Source of the DNA: Balanoglossus misakiensis
Lineage: Eukaryota > Animalia > Hemichordata
Direction: 5' to 3'
DNA length: 64,000 nucleotides
Assembly (NCBI GenBank): GCA_040954595.2
Contig: CM082587.2
Span: forward strand, 62,001 to 126,000
In this document: one piece after another, positions 52,459-64,000 of the stretch
How positions within the stretch are numbered: position 1 is the stretch's first letter
Layout: every line of letters starts with the position of its first letter
Notes under the pieces: model-generated
Databases searched by the model: none
Told to the model about the DNA's origin: nothing
The model's input: the letters and a program-made list of their open reading frames with translations, nothing else
Made by a program: the position numbers and the translations under genes

Positions 52459-55400
52459 GTGAAGTATACAATTTACCTTTGTTGGAGGAGAGAGAAGATG
52501 TGAGCAATGACAATAAATACTGTAGCCTGGGGCAGGAGATGGCCGGCTGTCTCCTTGGATTTTATAGAATAAAATGTAAAATGCAACTTTCCAAAAGACA
52601 AACTTTCTTATTGAATTGTTACTTCGGCTTTAAGCCTATGTGATGTACTGGCTATTTGTCTCTTTACTGTATGTTAGCTAAGCTACAATTAAAATGTGCC
52701 CTGTTGAAATTGAAACTTTTCCTCAATTGTAGAGAAGTAAAACTTTTTGTGTGTGTTAAAGTGCAAATGAAGCCCCACGTGTACTGTGTATTTTCCTTGA
52801 GTAATATTATTCTTAAAACTTTTCATTTGTGGATATCAATTCAAAGAAATGCAAAGTAATTAAATGAGAAAACAATCATGTCCAGACATCTATTTTGAAA
52901 TATGTCAGAAATCAGAAAGGGTATATCGTACTATTTTGTTTTATGCAAAAGGAAAGAAAAAGACATTCGACATGAGGTTGTCTAATGATGGGCTCGACAT
53001 TATTAGGGCCATTTGTGAGTGATCACAATAGACCCTATAATCATCAGCCATAGAGGGGCACTTCTTAGAAGAGTTCAATAAAGTCAAAACCAGAGAAAGG
53101 CCTGTGAAGATTTGTGGCCTACCTATGATCAGGAACATTATGCAGAGGTCTACAGAATTCTTGTAATTATCCCTGACAAATTCAGTTGGAAGTGTTTCTT
53201 GTGAACATACCCTTCAGTATTATGCCATCTGAAACTACATACATGGACAGAAAAACAACTAAATGTTCCACCCATTATTAACAAATGTTGTATGCAGGGA
53301 TCCAAGAAAAAAGGATCCAACCAATCAGTGTGCTGTAAGACCATAGGCACTAAACACAATGAGCTGATGCAATACAAACAAGAATCATGTTATTTATTTT
53401 CATCTTTTTTATCTCAGGAAAAGCGGGTTGCAACAGGACATGAACACATCTTCCTCCATAAAGAGTGGCCAAAGTGGACATGCCCTTGATACCATTGCCA
53501 TTCAAGACTTTAAGTAAAATGTCTATCCTCAATGGAGGGACTGATGGCATTTAACCTGCAAGGCAAGAAGATTAATCTTGGATTTTGTGAAAATCTTGTA
53601 CACGAAAACAGAATCAAATTTCAAAAATATGAGAATCACAGTTTGTATTACATTTAGGCTTATGTAAAATTTTGCTGTAAAGAGAATTTTCATACTTTGA
53701 ATAAGGGAAACTTTGAAGCTTTAAGTCATGCCACATGTTCTATGTATGTTAATAATTTTGATCATCCGTTTTTACACAATGTAAACACCAATTAGAAAAA
53801 ACAGTTCGCCTTTGTCAATAACATATTATACTGTAAGGGGTCCACGACCTGGCTGTCGTTTGTCAACTGTCAAGTAGAACTATGTTACACAAAGTGCAGG
53901 TTTTATGTTAAAGTCACAGGTTTTCAATGCAAAACATGTCCACTATTGTAGGCATGGAAAAATTAAAAATAGAATATATGGTAATATATTTTCTTATCAT
54001 GGCAGTGCACATGAATACCATGCACATGATATTCTCAACACCAAATCATATCTTTTTATACAGAAAGAGTATAATCCCATTGTGTTGTACATACTGTTGA
54101 TGATATAACTTGGAACCATTGATGTTTTGTTGACTAGCCTGAGTAAGGTTTTTCTCATAGTACATGGTTGTGATTGTAACATGTCTGTAAAACTATGCTC
54201 TCTTGATAAGTTTTTTCTGAATTAAGATACACGTATAACAACATTATGGATTCTACATGTTACTCTTATTGGTTATGACATTATTTTGCAATTTGACGAA
54301 ACACTAGTAGGGTACTAGTTTAAAATGTGTTAGACTTTTAGAATTTACACTGCACAATCCTTGGCATAACAGAATCAAATTGTTCATTATTTTATAGGAC
54401 TGTATGTCTATATCACAGTCCTCAGAGGGACTGCATGTCTATATGAAAAGTGAATGAAGCCAAGTAGGTCAAGTTACTTTTTTTGTTATAGTGAATGAAT
54501 CAGACAACACTAAACCACTGAGAACCAAGCAGTTACAGTTTTATTATTAGTATTATTACTGAAAAGAAGAAACTGAATACATATAGAATTGCATGAGGTA
54601 TAAATTACCTTATCATAAAAAGAGGAAGCTGAAAAGGAATTCAATGAAGCTGGAAACAAAGAAGATAAGGATATAAAGAAAAGTTTGTTTGGGAAGTTTC
54701 CATCAAAAGCTACATAAAAATGATTCAAACTGTTCTGATGCCATGGATGAAGCAGCTGCAATTAGTAAGACTTGGATCCAAAATGTCTTCAAAATTATTA
54801 AACATAAAAGTATAATGTTCCACCCAATACCTTTTGTTTTGTTTTTCCAACTTTTCCATATCCATGTTTCATTTTCTTTTTCATGTTTGCCAAAGCTTGT
54901 ACTTAATTATATAATTATGCTTAATTAACATTAAGTTAAACATTAATTGTGTAGATCATACTGTAATTGTCTATTATAGGTTGTTATTAAATCAAGATGC
55001 TAAACTTCCTCTATAATTGTATGGATTTCAATGCTTGGAAAGCAACTCAGCTATGAAGAATTCAGTTATGATGAGTTTGTTACTGGTAACAAACACAGCT
55101 TGTTATATACCAAATGGTGTTCCGTGTTAGTCACGTTTTTCTTTGGGATGTTGATCTGGTAAAGTGGTGTAATGGCAGTTTTTTACGCATGTCTTTGTCA
55201 ACATGTCTATGTCAAACAATGATGCTATCTGTATAACCTTGGGCATATCTGGTATATTGCACGTATGCGTGTAAACTGATCCCTCAGGATAAAAATCTAT
55301 TTATAAAACACGTACTCAAAATTTGTGGCAAAGATAAGACGTGTGAAATATATTCATAAATACATGAAATATTACAAAAGAAAGGAGATTGTGAAAAGAA

Positions 55401-55740
55401 TGCTGGAAAACACTGAATTTTGACAGCCTCAATCCTTTCTTAACTGGAAGTTGTATCATTGTTTTCAGAGTCGAAGAAAAATTACTGAAACGTAAATTCT
55501 TCATGCGTTTGCCATATCTCCATGACATCAGACATCACCAAGTCATTCAAAACTACACACCCTATTGAATGAAAAGATTCTATATTCCATGGTAATAAAA
55601 TGCACCGATCACAAATCAATATCAAATGCAGTTTATCATATTGAAAGTGTCAAAGGAATAAATGCCACTGTTACGAACATACATCAAAAGTCAGTGCTTG
55701 CTGTTTTTTAACACGGCATATATCCTCCAGTCCTTTTATC

Positions 55741-55945
55741 AGAATCTTTTCTTTGCAGTTTATTGCCAGATGGGTACCACTCTACATGAGACTTGTCACC
55801 ATGACGTATTTCAGACTGACATATACCGGTAGGAAAGAAAAAAAGGTTCAGTTGTAAAGAGACTGATTTCATTACACCTAAACACATCCAACTGATATTC
55901 ACGATACAAGTTTTGCAAAGAATACTTACAGATATTTTTTGCAAC
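55741..55945 (-). pseudogene. Degenerate tandem duplicate of the C3 terminal exon plus upstream intron end
   Basis: tctttgcagtttattgccagatgggtaccactctacatgagacttgtcaccatgacgtatttcagactga is near-identical to 57694-57764 but has a 1-nt deletion; intron similarity (gcaaagaatact) at ~55915. Confidence 0.85.
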
Positions 55946-57618
55946 CAATTAAAGAAATTCAGTTTTTGAAAACATTTGTCTGCAATTATCAGACAAAGTG
56001 TGTGTTTTTTTTAAACCACCTAGCCCGATTTCTATGATGCGAAAAACGTTCGAAGCAGGAATTAACCCTGGTCTATCACCTATAAGAACTTGCTACAAAA
56101 AACTAAGCTAGATAGACAAAATTCCAGACACAGGTAGTTATGACAGCTTGAATTCACACATATTTCAGCTGCAGGGGATATCACAAAGCGTTATCACAAA
56201 ACATTGAGAAAATTGTTTGTATTTTTAAGGTTATTTAAATTGCCTGTCACATGATAGTTGTGTTAACAATGGTCACACTGAAGTAACCAAAATGTTCTAC
56301 ATCTAAGCTTTCAGAAAATATATAGTTTTAAGGGATTCTGGGCTTGATAGTTAACAGAGAAATTTTTATATCAAAAAGGGCATTTCTTAGATTGTATCCT
56401 TAAGACATCCAGTTTTTTATTGCACACACATACATTGTCACATACACTGCTAAAAAATAAATTTATCATAAGAATTTAGGCTTCATGAGAATGACGGTTT
56501 GCTGTAACACCTTTATTTAAAACATCAAAACATTGCTTAAAGTAAAAAATGAAATGCAGACTGTTTATATATTTATATATATTTAAAATATATATTTGCT
56601 CTGATACCACATAAGTGAATTTCCTAATCAACTTGATCTAAAAAATACATCAGACAGAAATGAAAGCATCAACAGATGGGGGTAATGATGCAAAAATAAC
56701 CATCACAGTAATTTAGAACATCCAGCTAAATATTTGCATGCTCAGTAATATCATTGAAGTACACGACAAGTTATGATTTTGTTGCTGTCTGGCTGTGTGC
56801 CTGTACCAAGTTTAATGAAACTGTGACCGAGATATTTCTGATACTGACTGAAATTTTGAGTGCATACTTTTTTTATCAAATCGTCTCCCACATGAATTTG
56901 AAAACCCACAATACACAGAAAGCATTGAATGTTGAATATACAAGTCATGTACAACTAAAAATAAACCAAAAGACGCAAGTCCAAAAGCAAGTCATTGTAG
57001 GTGACATTAAGATATGTCATTTGATCAACAGATTCATAAGATAGTGCAGGAAATTACGGTGGAATTAAACCAGTCAAGGCAAGACTGTTATCCAAAATTT
57101 GATGCATCCATGAATACATAAACGTTTTTTCAATACAGCTTCTGAATACTGTAATTTACTTGAACATTTTGGGGAGCACCAAATTTCTTTGCGCACACCC
57201 TTTAATTGCCAACAGATTTCTTTTGAAAATGTATATCTCATGGTAAGTAAATCTAAAGTGACTACCAAGTGAAGATGGAAATTAACAATGGCTCTTGTGT
57301 TGACTGAACAGTCCTGGAGTGAATGATGCTTGAAATTCTGTCCATCAAAGAATATAAAATTTCAAAGAATCTTCTGATAAGCCTACTTTTTACATTTTGA
57401 ACCAAACAAATGCATACAAGAATAATGACAGATGTAGATTAATTAATTAATTAATCAATTAATTAGCATGCATAAAGCACTTTAAGGATACACTGACAAT
57501 CCAATTTCGTTAAAATTGTATTTTGTAATAATGCAAGTTTATTCTTTTGTTTGGCAAGTTCATGAGCTCGCTGTTTGTTTCCGTGATGGTGGTGTCCTTT
57601 TGTCGACAATTTGGTTTA

Positions 57619-60600
57619 CTACGAGGGACATCCTTCCTCAGACAGTCTGTCAGCAAAGGTTGTCATCTTCTGAAGAATCTTCCTCCATTTCTTTCTTTGC
57701 AGTTTATCGCCAGATGGGTACCACTCCACATGAGACTTGTCATCAATGACGTATTTCAGACTGATGAACAGAAAGGAAAGAAAAAGTTTGGCAAAGAATA
57801 CTATCAGACTTTTGCACGAACATGTACATAGTCAAAACAGAAATAGTTGTATCACTATGGGTTTTTATTTGTAAAAGTGTAGCATCAATCATACCATGAC
57901 AAATACTCACCTTTGAACTCCGTTCTTATCAACTGAGGCAAGACCATCCAATCCCATCACAAGGTATTTCTCCCCAACTTCAAAATCTGGATGACGGCAC
58001 TCTTTTCTCTTCCAGAAACTTCTTTCCTCTCCATTCAGAACAGCATCCAACCCTTGCACATCAAAAAAATAGTGTTATAAATAAATAGCTCGGCTATCAA
58101 AAAAATCAATTAAAACCCCAATAGCTGCCATTTTGTATTATTTTCATGATTTTACTTTCAAACATTAAATGTCAATTTAAATGAGCTTACTGATCAGTAT
58201 AAACAAACATATCACCAGGCTGTAATTGTGGCTGTACATTTATCACATGACAGGCAAAGTTTTAAACATTTTACAATCTTCTCATTTTAACCCTTTCACC
58301 CCCACTTCCCTCTATAGAGGTCCAACTTTATGCCATACAAAACAATGGATTTGGACACAATCAGATAGTGTTGGTTCAATCAACCACTGTTACAAAGTAA
58401 AACTGTATCATGAGTATTACCGGTACTTACCAATTTTAACAGGACGTTCCACCACTGCAGTTATTACATCAAAGCTTCCATCCTCTTCCTTGTTGACAAC
58501 AGTAACGTCAAACACTGCAAAAACCAAACAATATTCTTACTATGTAAACATGCTTCCTAGTGACAATTAACACTTTTTTTGGTATGTCACTCTCACTGAT
58601 ATTTCCACTGTTGCTGCCGACTGCACATCTGATGAACTACCACAGAAGTTGAAGTCATGTTCAGGTCTCGCACTTTGGCCAGGACTACAATGTATACCTG
58701 GCCATTCAGATGTCTTAAAACAAACACTAGTGCATGCATGTTGTAATATCCCACAATCCATGTAGTGTGTACCAATGTACAAATGCTGGATCAGTAACCC
58801 ATTGCGCATCAGGGATCATAGCAGTGTGGTTCAAAGGTTGCTTTCACTGTCTGTTATACTGTTAACCAATATGTATGAGGTCCAATTGGCTTGATTCCCA
58901 ATAAATATACAGACTTCATTTACTTGCTAAGAACATATGTTAGCTACTCGTAGCCATGTAATAATTAACTAGCAACAGAGATCAAAAGAATTACTCACCA
59001 TAATCAGCTTCATTGCATGCAATGGCCATCATCTCATTGATTGTCTTGTAGTTATCATCACTTGGCTCACCACACTTTCCTGTCGAAGGAACAAATGAAG
59101 CATTTACAGCTGAACAGTTTATTCATGAGACAACAGTGGTTTTTTAAGCGTTTTAATTTTAAATCACAACACCAGTATATTATAAAGGAAGCTATAGCTT
59201 TCATAAAATAATGATTTATTTCAGTGTGATAAATAGTTTCACTGTATTCCACTTTGCAATTTGCATGATTCCGACAACCCAGGCCATTTTCAAAACTGCT
59301 GATGTTTTCCAATGATTATCCAATCAGCAACCAGAGCAGCTTACCCTCAGCACAGATGCAAATTTCACCAACACACAAAGTACTAATCAAGGAACTTCCA
59401 CTGGCTGGGTGGTAAAACTTTGTGCATTCATTGTCAGGAGAGTAATAATCATATACTTGGACAGTAACCGGTTGAACCTGGCCAACTTTATATTCCTGCT
59501 TGGCTTTGAAGGAAATGCATATCTTCTCCTCTTCTGCAGAAGGTATCTTTTCATAGTTGGGAAAGAAAGTAAACAAAATGTGTCATGTAAATGCCAAATA
59601 ATGAAAGATCCATCCTATAATTTTCTCTTAAACAGGTAGCAAAGAATGCAGGACAGGCTCTTCAGAAGCAACTGAATGGCTAAGAAATCATATGTATTTG
59701 TAAAGAATCGCCATGTCCTTACAGGTTTCAGAAGCATTGAATAACAGAAATGTGGAGTAAAAAAGTTGCATAACTACTAGTCATGTGCTTCAATAACTGA
59801 CTTCCACAAACATTTAGAATGAGGCATTGCTATCAGTGAGATATATCACAACTCTAGTTATTGACTTTGTTGTCTAAAATAAGGATGTACCATCTCCTGC
59901 AGATGTGTGTGTTGTATGGATCAATTGGTGTGTTGGTTGCCCTACTGATGTTCCGATATGAAATTTGCTTACCTCATCAACATAAAAAATAACAGATCTG
60001 TCTGTGATTTCATATCTTTGCACAGGCAAATTGGCATCATTGAGAAGCTGCAATATACAATAGTATGATTTTACCATGACAGTTCTTTCACATATTACGT
60101 TTTCCCCTAGTAAACACATAAACCTCCTCACATTGAACTTTCATTAAAAATTGTGGAGCATCGTTGTAAAGCCTCTTTACTGAGTGACTGCGCTCCATGC
60201 ATTACAGAAAAAGGCCATGACTTTCACTGAAATATCCTAGGGGTAATGGAATCGTAGATTTTGGAAAGGGCATCTTGCAATACTACTTTTAATTATCAAT
60301 AAGCAACATTTTGCTCCCCCCCATATCAATGAAACAAGTAGTGATTGGCCACTGCACTGAAGACATTATGAAACAATCGTGGTGATTGGCCAATTCCAAT
60401 GATGTTATTTCTCATGAATATTTCAATGTTTCATTTACAATTCCAGTTTCCCATTCAAATCAGTCAGCTTGTTTCTTGTGTGGCATCATGGAGCAGACCT
60501 TCAAGCTCTGGCTCTGTCCATCCGGTCATTGCTTCAGATTATATTTTCTTCTGATTGAATAAGAATGAATGATATCTGCAAATTTGCTGCTTAATGTATA

Positions 60601-63293
60601 CGGCCAGAAAATATCACATCAATGAAATTTTTTGAGATTAAACTCACGTTTTCGAGATCCTCTTTTACTGGTCTGAATCCAGTAAAAAGCCCTACATCGA
60701 TGATAGACATACCAGTTTTTCCTTCTTTCAAGTATCTGGAGGGAAAAAATGTTCAGAAAAAATAATTGATCAGAGTTTGTGACAGAAGAGTTATGATATA
60801 ATATTACTAGTCCACTGAAGTCTTGGAGTCAGTGATGATCCAAAACGAGACACCAGTATTATGTGCCATTATATATAAATGGTTTGATAGAATTTTAAGA
60901 CTAACCTTGTACACACATTGATGCTGATAACATACACACTACGATCATTATCTGCTTGACGTCCCACTCTGGATCGACCTAAAATGCCACCCAGATCTAT
61001 GCGAGCTGCTCTGGGTTCAGCCGATGTCACTTCAATGTCAAATGCACACTGTTCCAACTCTGTTTTGGGAACATTGTATCGCACTTCCACTTGAAGCTGC
61101 CCAATACCAGTGCCCCTTGTGTCAATGAATAGTTGTCCAAGTGAAGGAACCTATTTCACAAAACAATCACAGAAAAAAATGCTGCAGTGCTAGTGACAGC
61201 CCCATCACCTAAAGTCAATGACTATATCATCAAAACCAATCCACATACACTCCCATGCCCAGTATCGGAACGGCCCAGTATCGGAACACGCGAGAGTTTA
61301 TGGCCCAATTTCTCGTGCTTGTCGAGACAACTGGGATGTTGTGCTGAAAAATCTGCATATGTGTGCAAACGACAAGTTGGTGGTTGCTGGTGATAGACTG
61401 ATTTCTCTCAAATTCATTTTTCGGTAATTTTCTTTACTAATGCGACATGAAATAATCACGCGTCTTATGCGAATTTGCCTTGAACTTTTCAGTGACGATC
61501 AGAATATTTACCGTAAAGGAAAAAAAAAAGTATTTAGTTTCAGCGTCGAAATTCTACCGAAATTAAACGTATTTGTTGTTATCGTTTGGATGTGCATTGA
61601 ATATTTTACAATATTTATTTTCCTTATGAAAAAGTCATCTTTCTCCGGGTGTGTACATGCCCAGTTTCGGAACACGGTGATGGCGGGAGTCTTAGAAAGC
61701 ACGTTGGATAAAACATTTTCCGATGGAACCTTAATTTGTGAATGCGATCGTATACAGTGTACGCGACCAAAATTGTTTCAAGTGTCTGCATATTGATCTA
61801 TCGGACGATCGGTCGTAGCATATTAATAAATCAAATTTTTTTGGAGATTTTAAGTTTTTATTGACTGTTACTATGATTATTGAAAAATCATCTGAATTTG
61901 AGAACCAAAACATGCCAATCAGTCTTTTTTGTGAGAATGGAACAAATTGAAAAGAAAAAGTTGTTCATGCATCTTTTACCATACCTACCTCACTGTACTG
62001 TTGAATCAATGCATTGTCATTCTGAATGAGGAAGTTTTCTCTAAAGTTTGGATCATTGGCTGAGGTCACTGCACATCGAAGGTCAAGTTCAGGAAAATCA
62101 GTCTGGAATGTATACTGTGACAATGCTTGTAGTGCTATTACAGTGTCCTGTCAAAAAAACAGTGACAGTATAAGCATGCATGGATTAAGTTTATTTTTCA
62201 CTGTTGACAAGTGTTGTCACCTCTATAAAGACTGTGGAAGAAGAAACAGTTTATTCCAAAAAATTATTACCAGGATTTTAAATGAAATAGCTACATGACC
62301 CTCAAACTATGTTAGTAAATTTAAGTGAATGTTTATTTTGAGTGAAGTGCCTATCAAAATCTGACAAAATTTCAAACAGAAAGGAATAAATCATTTCTTA
62401 CCTGTGTTGACACAAACCCACCATTTGCATTCCTCTGTTTGGTGAGCCACACAACAATGGGATTGCTGTAACTGACTTCTCCAAGTTTAAGTTGTGTGAG
62501 CAAGGCATAGCTAGTGGTTTCCACGGCAATAGCTGATGGTTTCCTTGAGTACCAGTAAGGCTTGTTATTGTCTGCCAAGCTTGAATCATCAGTGTTCCAG
62601 TACCTAACATTTTTAGCTGAAAAGTTGCACAGGGAATTGTAAGTAAATTCATATGTGGATGAGCATGTATGCAATGCCAAATATACAGGGATCGAAACAA
62701 AGATTTAAAAAAATAGTCAAAATAAACAAAAATCCCAAATACAAAGAAACAAAAATCATTTGTCCAGGTTGGATTGAAGAGACTCACCTTCATCAAACAC
62801 TGCTAGAGCCCTTAACCTGTTATTTGCATCAAAACGTCTTGGGCTGTTGGCGAGAGCCAGAGCATATGCCACTATGGCCATTGTGTATGGTCTTTGCAGA
62901 TTGTCAACTTGATTTTCTAGATATGTAATAGCACCTGTTATTGCAGTACTCATTTCCTGTTTAAAGGTAAGAAAAAATATCATACCATACCATAACGGTA
63001 CAGTTAGAATTTTATTTCAAAATGAGTGCCAACCTGTATACTGTTATACGCATTACATAACTGTTCCATGTTGACGTTGTAAACAGCAATGTGTCATCTT
63101 TGCAAGACACAAACCTGGATGAGACAGGCCCTGCACAGTCTGCAGTTACAGGTTGATTTTTCTGTGCACATTCGTAATCATGAGTGTATCAAACACGTCC
63201 ACTTCCTGATGAACTTACTTGTAAATTGCAGTCACACTCCAGCAAGGAAATCAAAACAAAGGCAGTGAAAGATGCATCACCATGAACGCCGCC
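57619..63293 (-). CDS. C3: Complement C3-like thioester-family protein, 3' part (end of TED, CUB, MG8, C345C); 5' part beyond the window
   Basis: Exons 63293-63219, 62956-62788, 62616-62402, 62147-61989, 61150-60906, 60735-60648, 60047-59973, 59546-59345, 59079-58999, 58514-58431, 58052-57911, 57760-57619. Motifs [88 protein letters not shown]. The C345C/NTR domain (GEKYLVMG, VEWYP..GCPS*) separates it from A2M/CD109. Confidence 0.92.
58115..58235 (+). mobile_element. Dispersed repeat family copy (homologous to ~22293-22410)
   Basis: Shared ~110-bp similarity including ttattttcatgattttacttt and catactgat/cttactgat. Confidence 0.75.
61247..61691. mobile_element. Probable non-autonomous DNA-transposon insertion in a C3 intron
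   Basis: CpG-rich block with internal repeat gcccagtatcggaac (x2 at ~61257-61288) and catgcccagtttcggaacacg (~61657); ends actccc...gggagt. Confidence 0.5.
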
Positions 63294-64000
63294 CTGCAAA
63301 AATAGACATAAACGTGTCAGAGGAGTGATGATAAAACTACATTGTACAGAAATCACCAAATTTTCAATTAGGGTACAAATATCACATAAGAATCAATTAC
63401 CAATATCTTTCACTGATATCTCTTAAATTTATCACACTGTGAGCAATCATGCTTTACACTCGTGATCTGATGATGAACAATCTTGTGACAATAAAGGTCT
63501 GCTGTCAGTTTCAAACCTTAAACCAAACTCTTTAGTCCTATCAAATAATCCTTGAATTAAGTATAACTCATATGAGACAATGGCTGTCATGCAAGCTAGC
63601 TTACTTACAGTGTGCATGCAACATAAATTATCACAGTTTGCCATTTTGATGGGATGGGTAATAATTTTTTTGTTGGATGTATTTAACAGTGATTGCAAGA
63701 TAGGATATACTTAGACACTTTCACTTTAAGGCATACACGTGCTTTGACAAAGCTGAACTAAATTCTATTTGATACAGTTTCACTGATCAATTTTATGCAG
63801 TGGTTGTCTTCAGGAGAAAATATGTTCTACCCTACTAAAGGGTAGAAACATTGACTGACAATGTAATCAGTAATTTAAGATCAATTTTCAGCTACATGTG
63901 AAGTGCGTTGATGTGAAATAGCACATTCATCACTGCTTGAAATCACTGATAACAACACGAACGTCAAACCTGCGAAATAAAACGTCTTGTATTATTAAAC

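Noticed and set aside
63300-64000. Next upstream C3 exon (with the catalytic His) and ORF 63447-63698
   Set aside because: An acceptor-like ttttatttcgcag occurs near 63970 (-), but no frame gives recognisable TED sequence. The thioester and His residues cannot be assessed in this window.

Overview
AT-rich, intron-rich eukaryotic (metazoan) DNA, most plausibly an invertebrate deuterostome such as a hemichordate (taxon is inference). Manual splice-aware reading gives five protein-coding genes. (1) A 5'-truncated single-pass receptor (+, 464-13697): Ig domains, an RPTP-like juxtamembrane domain, a ~750-aa mucin stalk, a TM helix and a long Tyr/Pro-motif tail with no catalytic domain. (2) A 3-exon C1orf53-like gene (-). 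(3) Head-to-head with it, DENND1/connecdenn (+). (4) A complete 23-exon NPR-type receptor guanylyl cyclase (+, ~1057 aa). (5) The 3' part of a complement C3-type gene with a C345C domain (-), plus a degenerate duplicate of its last exon. The most notable signal is the gene neighbourhood. C1orf53-DENND1 and DENND1-C3 linkages match, from memory, the human MHC-paralogon regions on 1q31, 9q33 and 19p13, so this may be a compact piece of the ancestral proto-MHC. Other notable features are perfect TAG...CTA hairpin elements, several MITEs, an L2/CR1-type LINE 3' end, a consensus CTCF site, a GC-AG intron, microexons and an atypical WGKG in place of the cyclase KGKG motif. All exon calls come from reading frame and splice-site consistency only; no database searches were run.
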